Below are positions 36,201 to 47,048 of a DNA stretch of 64,000 bases, one piece after another. Made by a program: the position numbers and the translations under genes. Under the pieces are notes generated by a model. It made no database searches and was not told the origin of the DNA. It saw only the letters and a program-made list of their open reading frames with translations. Within the stretch, counting starts at the first letter, position 1, and each line of letters begins with the position of its first letter. Origin of the DNA: Podarcis liolepis (lineage: Eukaryota); NCBI GenBank assembly GCA_965112155.1, contig OZ218114.1; one strand, given 5' to 3'.

Positions 36201-39200
36201 GGATTCAGCCATGCTCAGAACCATGTAGATGCCAAGTTTTCAGGAGAATTCTCACACAACCCCATGGGCACCAGACCTTAAAAGGAAGTTTCCCACCCTC
36301 TCCAATAAGTAGACAACAGTGGTTCAGGGGATTTGAAGCGTGAAAAAGTACTGTTCCCCACAATAATTTCACCCCTACGGACGCCTTCTCATTTGCCTCC
36401 TGTTGGATAAAAAAAGGGGGGGGGAGGCTGTTCAGTGACCCTGCTCACTGCTTGCTCACCTGGGAGTCTGATTTCTCTCTTCCTTCCTCTTGTTGGTCCT
36501 CAGCTGAAGCATCTTCAGCAGCTTTTTCCTGAGATGGGGATGGTGTTGGCTGCTTTTCTTCCTCCTCACTAGGAGCCCCATTGTCATCCTTCTGGTCCTC
36601 CTTACCCGCTTCCGCTTGGCTCTCCTCTTCCTCCTGGGCAACAGAGGGGAAATTCCCAAGGGTGTTATAAGAACCTTGCACAGCTAGGCTTCTTCAGCCA
36701 AGACAGGCAGGACTCTGAAGGGACCCAGCAGGTCCAGCTACAAGCTCTGCTGCTACAGACACTTGTCATGGATTCCTTCCGACTGTAAGTATTTATTATG
36801 GTTTTAGCCAAGAACACAGTGCCATTGAACAGGTTCACAGAACTCTTGAGACTAATACCAGGATCCTCCCCTAATCTTTTTTCATATTTGTACCCCTTTT
36901 CAAGTCCCTGCTGACATTTGCATTAGTCCCAAATCCTGCATCTTGCTGGCAGGCTCTCCACAGAACAGAGCTCACCTGAACAGTCTCAGTCAAGTTTTCA
37001 GGTGCTTCTGGCACAGGGCTCCCTCCTCCAAAGAGACTAGAGATGGTGTTCCCAAGTTCTGCTCGAAAGAAGAAACATACTTGAGAAAGGTTTGGGTTCT
37101 ACACACAGAAAACCCAGCTTCTGTCTGCCACCTGACCCATCCCCTCTGGGGTAAAGGACAGATCTTTGGCTCTGCTTAGTGAAAGCCTTCATAATCTATG
37201 TGGCAGCCTCTCAATCTTGGAGTGGGTGTTGGCTGGCACAATAGCATAGGTCACCTCTGCCCCTACAGCTGTAAAAACTACAACACCCTCAACAAATGTA
37301 AAACCTCCATGTCTCCAAGTGCCAAAAGTGTCCTGGTGTGTACACTGCCTTGTTTCTTCAGCATACTGGATTACTAAAGGTAGCCAAGAACAGAGAGGCC
37401 CCACCCCAAGGAACCAGTCCCTGCAACCGCAGCTTGCTTGGTTGGAAAGCTGAGGGGCAAAGAGTTGGAAAGGTCTCATTTCTGACCACTCAAAGTGATG
37501 CTGAAAACTGGGAAGGGGCAGACTAAGTCAAACTGCCTACATGGTACGAGAAGAGCTGTTGCTGCAACCCAACCAACTCACTTGTTAGCGTGGATTCCTC
37601 CTCTGGCTTGTCCTCCACCAGAGTCTCAAACACAGATTCTACCTGGGAGACAACACATGGAGCAGAATGAGATTGGAAGGCCCAGCAAGTGAGCCAGAGA
37701 TGAAGGGCATTGAAGCGGTACTTACACGATCGAGGCTCAGCACACCACTCTCGTCCATGTTGAAATGAGCCTTGATGCCTTTGGACTCGTAATCCAAATG
37801 TTTCTTGAAGCTCTCGCCCACTCCTTGCAGCTTCACCCTTGTAAGGTTCAAGGACCCAAAAGCTCTGCAGAAACCACACAAGGAGACACATTGGGATGGG
37901 TGAGCACAGCGGCTGGCCACCCCTCCTTTCTGTTCCCATTCTCTAGCTCTACCACAGAAATCACAAACCTCTGTAGAAACAGCGAAGAGCAGTAATATAG
38001 ATATTTTATTTCCTGGATACTCAGCTGCAAGGGTACAAGTTCAAACAGCCGAGAACAAATTTGAGTTCCCAAAGCTGTAGCCACTGACATAAAGCTGAGT
38101 TCAGGCAGAATCATAAACTCTGAGGACATGAGTCAAGTTAAGCCTTTTTTTAAAAAAGGGCTTTATTAGGACTTTTCAAAATACTATAGAAGACCAGACC
38201 AAAACAAAAACAAAACAAAAAATACATAAAAGAGAAAGAATATTTAAGAAAATAACAGAATAGAAAGATAAAGATAACAAAAATAAGTAAAATGGACTTC
38301 CAGCTACCACATACAAGAGTTCCTCAAAACAATCAAATTTTCAATAAAGAGTAATATTCAGCTATTCCTCCCTCTGTCATGTTTTGCTTTTGTTCTTTAT
38401 GCAAACCCCGTCAATTCTTCCCTCCTTAGACCAAATTCCCGGGCAGCTGTAACTACCATAACAAAAGGGAAAAGGAAAGTAAGAACCAGCATGTTCTGTT
38501 TTTGTGGCTGACCCACAACTGCACTCACTTCAAGTCACTGTCACCCAGAAAGCCCATATCTGCGTAGTTGACATGGAACTCAAAGTCATCTGTGTATCGG
38601 TTGAAGGTGATGACCTTCCGTTGGGGATATGGAGCCATGCGCTGGAACAGGATCCGCCGGTTGTGCTTAAGGCTCTTGGATTTATCCTCCTCTTCTACCT
38701 CACGGGTGAACTCAACCTAAGGTTAGGAGAGGATAAAGCACAGACTGTACCTCTTCCAGATTCTACCACATGGGAGAGCCAATTGCATGCCAACATTAAG
38801 GGACAAAGATCAGCACTTTTCTTGGGCTGCTTGAGACAGAATGCTGAGTCAGGCTTTTTACCAACCCTCTCCCTGAAATCCACAGCACTCTGATACTTGA
38901 TAATGAACCACAGCTCACCTGGATGGGGAAAACAGCTGCATCACGGACAATGAAAGGCTTCACCTTAAAGGCTTTGCTCAAGGCAGCTGCTTGGTAGACA
39001 GCGCCCATTGCAGCTGCTTCATCTGCATTTATGTTCTTGCCCAGCTCATCCCTGTGTTGTCAACAGAAGAATGATTAGATGCTACCCTGCTCAGGACAGA
39101 GAATATTTTGAGGGGGGGGGGAGGCGGAAAGTACCACCAAAACTGGGCTGATGCTTACTTGCCAACTGCCTTTAGCAGAAATTCCTGCACCTTTGGGACG

Positions 39201-40782
39201 CGAGTGGCACCACCAACGAGGATCACCTGGTCAATTTCATTCTGGGAATTGGGGAAAGATAACAGGGTCTGACTCTCTGAGCTTGAACTCTGTTACACTT
39301 TCTGAATCTAAGAGTTCTGCTTGCACAGATGTGGGTGGCCTGGAAGGAGCAGTAAGTGCTTCCCACCATGGCCTACGCTGTGGAATTCACATTGTTCGGT
39401 GAAAACTAGAGACCTTGTAACAAAACCATCCGCACTTACCAAACTGATCTCAGCACTGCTGACCGCCTGCTGCACAGGTCCTGCAACCCGCTGGAACAAA
39501 TCAGAGCACAGCTCCTCCAATTCCTGCCGTGAAACTTTGGCCTTGAAGTCAATGTCATCCAGCAAGCCCTCGATCTAGGGAGAGAAACCAAGAGCATCTT
39601 ATCTCACAGACACATGCAGCACTTCCTCTCTGAAGCCAGCACACTGCTTCTACTGTGCCTTCAAAACAGGATAAGACCTTAAGAAAATGTAGAAGCTTTT
39701 CATCTACATGTAAGCAGATAGCTGCTTACAATTGACTATAGCAGACTACGAAGGTTAGGCATTTTCCATGCACCCAGGCCACACCAAATGATACACACAC
39801 AACCTACCTGCGCCACATGGTCAGCATTGGCACTTAGTACTGTTTTCACGCGATTGGCTTCCTTTAGTAGCTTGGCCATGGCCCGGAGATTTTTCCGGAC
39901 ATCCTTTGATGGATTTTGCTGATTGAAGAGTTTGGCCAGATGGTCACGGAGGCGCAGCTCCATCTCCAGCCCTCCCAGTGTGCGATCAAATCTGAGGAGG
40001 AGGAGGAGGAAGGCAGTGGAACCAGCTACTCAAGCCAGCAGCCCTTTGCAAAGAAGCCCAGCAACTACCTCTCCAGCTACCACTCCTCCCAACAAGCTTG
40101 ATATCTCTTTATCTCTCCCACCCCAAAACCAGCATTTTGGTTTTCTAAACATCCTTCCACAAGAGGCCTGCAGCCAGATCAGACCACATGTCCATCCAAA
40201 TCCAGCATCCCAATCTTACAGGCAACCAAGCTTATGGGCAACCATCAAATAGGAAACAAATGCAATAGCACTTTCCACATTTGCCATTCCCAGGAAATCA
40301 CTTTTTAAAAAAAGGGGGTGGGGAGGCATGTTGACTCCAGCTAGGACCTAGCCAACATGATCCATTATGCATTTGCTTGATTCTGCTTTGTGCAATACCC
40401 CTCCCAGTTTGGACCTTTCTACTTCAGATATCCTGTTCTCTCCTGACTCCTAAGCAAATTTAATTCCAAGAATCAAGCTCTTACCCAACACCCCGAATCT
40501 GAAGCTGAGGCTGGGTTCCCGAGTCCTTGGTTTTCACTGCTTGGTAAGTCACGATGGTACACACAGTGCTGCCTGCTCCCATGTCATAAAACATAATATT
40601 CTGGAAATCAACAAAGAATCAATGCTAAAGACAGCAGGCAACAGCAGGCACGGAGGTATCAGAGTCTGAAGTATGGTACATGAATGTCTGTGGGAAGTCA
40701 GATCAGCAGTCTCCAAGCTTAAAAATATATACAAGAGTATGAGTATCAGAGTGGCTGGGGCAACCCAATTAGATATATTAAT

Positions 40783-40843
<61 letters not shown>

Positions 40844-43800
40844 ATAAAATAAAAGTCAGACTGTTTGTTCATCTGGTCCAGAGGTGGGTCAGCCCTCCAG
40901 CCTGCAGGCCTAATTAGACCTAACATGGGTCCAAATTTGGCCCATGAGGCTGTTTTCTGCCAAGTATGCCCACCAGCCCCACACCAGATGTCATGTGTGA
41001 TGTCAGATGGGAGACAGGTAAAGATGCAGCTGACAAGATGCTATATTGGGAGTCCTGAAGAGTGCTCCAGATTGTGCATTGGCAAGGGAGGCTTCCTGTC
41101 CACGTCAATCAACTGACAGACAAAGCAGGCATGTGGAACTCTAACAGGCCTCAAGTGTCCACCTGTGGCCTTGGTGACTCCAAGCCCAGTGGATCGGATG
41201 TGCAACCAAGTTCTCCAGAGGAAACTCAAGCCACAGAGCCAATCTGTAGCCAAACCTGCAGAAAGCATGTTTGGAGTCACTGCCTATTGGCCAGTAGGTA
41301 CCAACTTGAAACTTGGCTTGGCTTTGGTAACACAGCTTGCCTTGCTACAAAGGATAAGTTGGTCACTAGATTTCATAGTAATATCAGATGACTGACAGGT
41401 GAGTGGGCCCTGCTCACTTGTGTATGTCGCTAGCTGGAATTAGGGGAATGTGGAATCTGTACATAAAAGTTTGGATTCAAACAGGCAGCTCTGATTGACC
41501 AAGAAGACTGCCCTGCCCAAATTCCCTGTGTTTTCTAGGTAAGGTTACAGAGGCACAATGAGCTTGAGCCCTGGGTAAAAACCTCCCCCCTCCTGAGCCA
41601 CACACACCCTCCGGTTACAAGCACCTGGGCTGTAGCGTTGATGTCCTTCCTTCGGAACACCCCATAGTTCAAGGCCACAGCTGTGTTATCATTGATGAGC
41701 TGCAAAACCTTGAGATCTGCCATTTTTGCTGCATGCAGGACCGCTCTCCTCTCCGCCTGGTTGAAGTAGGCAGGGACAGTGATCACAGCATCCTTGACAG
41801 GCTGTTCTGTAAGATAAGGAGAAGGTATGGTGTGAGCTCCTGGTTCAGGTGCCTCTTCATTTTCATTCATATGCTTGCTGACCAAAGAAGGAAAGACAAT
41901 TCTTGTGCCTCAAACACTCAAGAGTCATTTCTAACCTGCAAATTCCTCTGCCAGTGCCCGAGAATAGTTGAGCACCATGCCCAGGATCTCTTCTGGAGTA
42001 TACTGCAATTTGCTGCAAGGAAGAACAAGAATGATAAATTCTAAATTCCTGATCCCAGCTGTGAAATGCATCTTTTGAGCATGGGTGGGCCTCATCACTT
42101 CCACAAACCACTTGCCCCTTATCAGGGCACATACCAAATATGAGTTGACCATGGCATTTGGCCAACCAAATCTATGCAGCAGTACTCCCAAAGTGGCTTA
42201 CAGAAAGATGCCACAGCCTTTCTTGCTCAGCAGTGCCACGTGGCAAACCTCAAAGTGGAAACGTACTCTGACAGCTTGAAACTGACTGTCTCCCTCCTTG
42301 CATCTTTCACCAGCTCATGTTCTGGGAACCGTGACTGGTACATGGTCACTTGTGGGTTATCAATGCGCTTGCCCAGGAGATCCTGGAAATACCGGAAAGC
42401 CACTTTTGGGTTCTTGATGCCCTATTAAAAAAACAGGAAAAACACACAACCATGCTGATTCCTCCGGAATGTTCACCTATCCCCCATAAATTTCTTTTTA
42501 AAAGGCGTACAACGCCAGAAACCCTCAACAACTGAACTACTGAAAATATCCAAAGTGGCATTTAGGATCCTCCGTTTCCAAAACCATAAAAGTCACCGCA
42601 TGCCAGCACTGGAAAAGTCCTTCTCTGGAACATGAGCTAACCTGCCAAAGAGGACCTGTAGCACTGTCTCTTCAACAAATCTCAGTGGGGAGGAACATGT
42701 TATTGAAGCTGAAAGTGTAAAGAGGAAGGTGAAGCAGAGACAGGACCCCAGAAGAACAAGCTGTGTATGCAAATAAATACTCTTGGTACAAAGTATAGAA
42801 AAGGCAGAGGGGATGTGTGAGTGGACATCTGAGGGACTTACCATTCCCACGGCATTGTCACCAAAGAGGCGCTCATTCTCTTTTAGAGTTACAGCCACTG
42901 GTGTTTTTCTCCGAGATTCCCTAGAACAACAAGAAAAATTAAACTAGAACTGTTTCCTAGGGAGATAGGAAGTTGTCTAATAACCAGGATAGGCTATTTA
43001 TTCATCTAGCTGAAGCAATATTTCTGACTCAGGTCTGCAGTGGTTCTCCTGGGCCTCAGACAGAGGCACACTGTTCCTATTGTCTGGTACCTAATAAATT
43101 TAAGCAGGAGATGCCTGGGATTGAATATGCGACCTCCTATAAGCAAAGCAGGCGCACTGCACAATGGCCCTGCCCCAGAGATTCCTGGGGTCTAACTTCT
43201 GGGTTCCTTGGAGAAATGATGAACTGGCTTTCAATGCCAGGATTCAGCACTGGAACAAGTGAAGAGAAACACATTGGCATCTCTTCTAAATAGTCACATC
43301 TAAGATTAGGGAACAATAAGTAAGGGCAAAAGAAAGTCACACCTATGGGAAGCTGCCCCATATTTTCTGTACTGCACCACTAAGACATGGATTTATTCCT
43401 GCACTGTAAGTGGTTAGACCGGATGAACCTTGGGGCACCTTTACAATTCTATGATGTGTCAAGCCCTCCAAAACAGTTGTTGCCACAGTCACATTCATTG
43501 CAGCACATATTTAGCCCACTCACTTGTTTAAGACAATTTCCATTGGCACCCCAGGCTTCACAATGGCGATCTTCATAGATTCACTACCCATGTCCACTGA
43601 CATCACAGCCAATGAATCTGTGGAACAAAAGTATTGTGTCAAATGTACTTTCTTCCAGGAAGAACCTCAGACAATACCCTCCAGCCTCCTTCCAATTTCT
43701 AATGCTTAGCTGAATCAAAAAGCCAGTCTAAACACAGATGTGTTACAGCACACCCGGAGGACTCCACCAGAAGAAAGTTTCACAGTACTGTATCATCCAG

Positions 43801-46207
43801 AGCATCTCATTTGTAGGGAAACATCTCAAAACATCTCTTTATCTCTAAGTATTTTTTAAGCATCCTTCAACCATATTCCCAGGGAGGTTTATACAAAGTA
43901 AATAGAAAAAACACACAATCAAAATGCAAATAAAATTATAAAGCTAAAAGCTACAAAGTAGTAAGAGCATAATAAAACCAGAAGAATTAAAACTATGTCT
44001 ACATGGAAATTAGGAGGCGTCTTTCCTGCTACTGAAAGAAAAAATAACTAGATTCCAGAGACCCACCCAGAAGGCCTTCTCTCCGGTAGCTACTTGCTTC
44101 ACCGCAGATATGGGGGCACCTACAGGAGATCCTCCAATGAATATATTAATTTATGGAATTAATGAGTACAGTGGTGCCCCGCAAGACAAATGCCTCGCAA
44201 GACGAAAAACCCGCTAGACAAAAGGGTTTTCCGTTTTTCGATGCGCTTCGCAAGACGAATTTCCCTATGGGCTTGCTTCGCAAAACAAAAAAGTCTTGCG
44301 ATTTTTTCCGCTCCCCCCCCCTTTTCTAAGCTGCTAATAGCCTTTTAGCCACTAAGCCGCTAAGCCTTTAATAGCCGCTAAACCGCTAATAGCGCTAATC
44401 TGCTAATAGGGTTGCTTCGCAAGACGAAAAAACCGCTAGACGAAGAGACTCGCGGAACGGAGTAATTTCGTCTTGCGAGGCACCACTGTACTAGGGAAGT
44501 ACTCAGTCCTTTAAATAGTCCAGCCATAAGACATGAAGGGTTTTGAAGGTGAAAAATAGCACTTGAAGTGGACCTGAAAATGGACTGCGAGTTACTGTGT
44601 TTGGCATCACAGAGACGTAATACAATAAATGCCCAGTCCAACATAGCTATCTAGCAGTATGAATGGCAGTTTCCAAACAGACTTCAAGGTAGTCAATATG
44701 TGCCTTATGGACATGCAGCACTGACAGCATAGCCAAGGGAGGCCCTGAACTGGTTTTAAAGGGCACCTGGCCTCTAAGACACATTGGGCCCAAACCACTA
44801 AGATCCTCAAACGCCATCCAGGTTGAATTGTGAATCCTGCAATAGAAGGCTACCTGGAGGTGGAGCCAATGGCACACAAGTCGCTAACATGTTCCTGATA
44901 AATCAACAGCCTGCCCCATTCTGCACTAGCTGATACTTATGAAATCTCCAAGGATATAGTGCCCCCCATGCCAAATACTTAGTAGCCTAGCCTAGAGGTT
45001 ACAAATGGCAGATAAATATCTGGCGTCAAAATCCAAGAAAAAAGGGTTACAACATTATCAATTTTATTTTGAAAAATGGCTCTCTATTTACTTTAAAGTT
45101 AGTTTTGGTAAACACAAGTTATGGCATAGGTCTGAATAAAAAAACTGAACCTCTGCTGGATGCCTACAAAAACAAGGAGCTATTCTTCTTGCCAATGGAC
45201 CCCATATCAATACCAATAAATGTAATATCCAGGGGCCCCAAAAGCTCCCTGCAAATTATAGCAATGCCTGCCATAATCAACACCTCTCCTAATATGGTCT
45301 CTGAACCTAAAATGGGCTATCATTTACATCACTGAAAGTGCCTCTTTTCAAGAACTAAACTGGTAAAAAAAAGATATGCAAGAACGTACAGCTGGTTCCT
45401 CTTTCTTTATGCAACACATTTTGTAAGGCTTAAATGTTGACACACATTTTCTACAGGAGGTGGCAAATGAAACATGCCACCACCAAATAAATAAGTAAAT
45501 GTAGTGCAGCATCAGCAGCATCCTTTAGAAAAGTTGTCTCCATCAGGTCCCACGACCAATTTCTGCATTCCAGTAGTTCATAATGAGTCCAACACCAGCT
45601 AAAATGGAAATGCTTTCACTCTCAGGGACATGACAAAGACTGTCACCTAAGGGCTACCTCAAGGTGTGCACAGAAGCATCCAAGGAACACTCGGCCCTTC
45701 CTGCTGGTCAGTTTCGTCCCGCCCACCTACAGGATACACGTTAGCTTTTCAGACAGCTCAGTCGTTGTGGTTTCGAGCCCCATGTTGGGCAAGAGATTCC
45801 TGCGTTGCAGGTGGTTGGGCTTTATCAGGGTTCCCCAAATTTGGGTCTCCAGGTGTCTTTGGACTACAGTTCCCACACCCCCGACCACTGGTCCTAAAGG
45901 ATAGGGATGATGGGAGTTGGAAGTCCAATATCAGCTGGCGATCCAAGTTTGGGAAACCCTGGACTAGATGATCCTAGTGGTTCCTTCCAACTCCACCATT
46001 CTATGATTCTGAGGCGAGTCGGATCCAACCATGCGACCAAAGGGCTCGCTCCTGCCCTTAGAAAGCCTGATTCTTCGGCAACTTGCAAAACCACCAAGAT
46101 CTTTCCCAGGTCCTTCCACGGGGGCGGGAGAGGCACCTACCCAAGTGCGCAGGCAGGGAAGCCAGCAGGAGGAGGGGCAGCAGCAGCCACACGCGTGCTG
46201 GAGCCAT
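30264..46207 (-). CDS. HYOU1: Hypoxia up-regulated 1 (ORP150/GRP170), ER Hsp70-family chaperone and nucleotide-exchange factor, 992 aa
   Basis: 24 coding exons: 46207-46141, 43617-43524, 42920-42842, 42421-42267, 42012-41936, 41806-41625, 40600-40485, 39991-39808, 39574-39440, 39241-39159, 39051-38919, 38716-38529, 37864-37726, 37642-37582, 37058-36976, 36633-36460, 35819-35617, 35463-35376, 35059-34937, 34349-34216, 33246-33162, 32742-32493, 32250-32167, 30325-30264 (2979 nt). Signal peptide [18 protein letters not shown]; motifs [68 protein letters not shown]; C-terminal NDEL. Minus-strand AATAAA at 28046-28051. Confidence 0.97.
30794..31613 (-). mobile_element. Penelope-like retroelement remnant (pLTR with inverted partial copy) in the last HYOU1 intron
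   Basis: 14-bp TSD ACTTAAATTCCCTA (30780-30793 and 31614-31627). Inverted arms 30822-31052 and 31383-31613 (231 bp; I see only 2 mismatches). The spacer contains a minimal hammerhead motif typical of PLE pLTRs. Confidence 0.82.
31220..31267 (-). ncRNA. Minimal type-I hammerhead ribozyme
   Basis: Minus strand: AACCAAG CTGAAGA A GG CGTGTCT CC GAAAC AGGGCCCT GTC CTGGTT. This gives stem I, the CUGANGA core, a short stem II, GAAA, a palindromic stem III (ACAGGGCCCTGT), the GUC cleavage triplet and stem I'. Confidence 0.82.
40789..40838. repeat. (TA)n microsatellite
   Basis: About 25 TA units in a HYOU1 intron. Confidence 0.95.
44169..44488. mobile_element. Tc1/mariner (Tigger-like) MITE
   Basis: TIRs CAGTGGTGCCCCGCAAGAC / GTCTTGCGAGGCACCACTG with TA TSD; internal repeats of CGCAAGACGAA and CCGCTAA. 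Confidence 0.88.
45755..46010 (+). mobile_element. tRNA-Lys-derived SINE with CR1-type tail, interrupted by a palindromic hAT MITE (45826-45961)
   Basis: Head CAGCTCAGTCG...TTCGAGCCCCATGTTGGGC; insert CAGGGTTCCCCAAA...TTTGGGAAACCCTG; tail GACTAGATGATCC...CCTTCCAACTC...ATTCTATGATTCT. Confidence 0.7.
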
Positions 46208-46559
46208 CCTGACGATCGAGGGCCGCCCAACCCCGATGTGGAAACAAAGGCGAGGCAGGGAGGGCACTTTCCTCCGACAGACCCGGAACGGCGGCGAGGC
46301 CCGGCGCCAAGGTTCACCTGGAGACCCAGGGGTTCCCCCACCCCCACGCGGAAGAGGCCGACCCCCGGGCGCCTCTAAGGGGGACGCCGCTGTCTTCGGC
46401 CCGGCACGCCAACCGCTCGCTCCGGGGGCTCCCTGCCCGCTCGCTCTCGGCTCGGACTCCGCAGACTCTCTCCCTCCCGCTCCGGCTGCCCCTCTCTCTC
46501 TCTCTCTCCCCTCGGCCGGCCGGTCTCCCGGACTCCCTGGCTTGCGAAAGCTGCGCTCC

Positions 46560-47048
46560 GCCCTCCTTCCCTCCCCGGAGCCGGACGCGGCGCGAGCTCA
46601 TTGGCCCGGCGGCTCCCCTCGCGCGCTCCCCATTGGGCCACGTCTCCGGCGCCCGGCGCAGCGGCCGCAATCATTGGCCGAGGGGCGGGGCTTCCTAGCG
46701 TGGCGGTGGCAGCGACGGGCCTGACCGGAGAGCTCCTGAGCACGTGCAGACTGCGCGCTCTCCTTTGGCCACCCCCAGCACCTCTCTGATCTGTGCCGGC
46801 CCGCCAGACAGTCACAGTTACCCGCCCTCGGCCTGCGGGCTCAGCAGGGATGCCTGCAATACCGGCGCGTGGAAACAAGGGGGCAGCGGCGCAAGGGCTG
46901 CGGGTCCTCTCTGGGCTTGCGCACTAGGGCGGGGGGTTTAGAGACCCGGCGAACTACAAATCCCAGCAGGCCCAGCGCTAAGAGGAGCAGCAACGCGGAA
47001 GCGGCATGGTCACATGACTCTCCTCCGGAGTTGGGCCTACCTGTCAAG
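46560..47048. promoter_or_regulatory. Bidirectional CpG-island promoter of HYOU1 and VPS11
   Basis: ERSE-like CCAAT-N9-CCGCG (minus, 46586-46604); exact ERSE-II ATTGGgCCACG (46632-46642); third CCAAT 46673-46677; ZNF143-type ACTACAAATCCCAGCA (46953-46968); CLEAR/M-box GTCACATGAC (47009-47018); YY1 AAGATGGCGGC over the VPS11 ATG. Confidence 0.85.

Noticed and set aside
44180-44480. Short repeated units resembling a CRISPR-like array
   Set aside because: Irregular subterminal repeats of a TA-flanked MITE in vertebrate DNA; no constant repeat-spacer period.
45907-47047. Long overlapping ORFs (up to 213 aa) in the HYOU1/VPS11 island; similar ORFs at 8449-9916, 26426-27319 and 61428-61987
   Set aside because: Stop-poor GC-rich CpG-island sequence giving low-complexity Arg/Pro/Gly/Ala translations with no family similarity.
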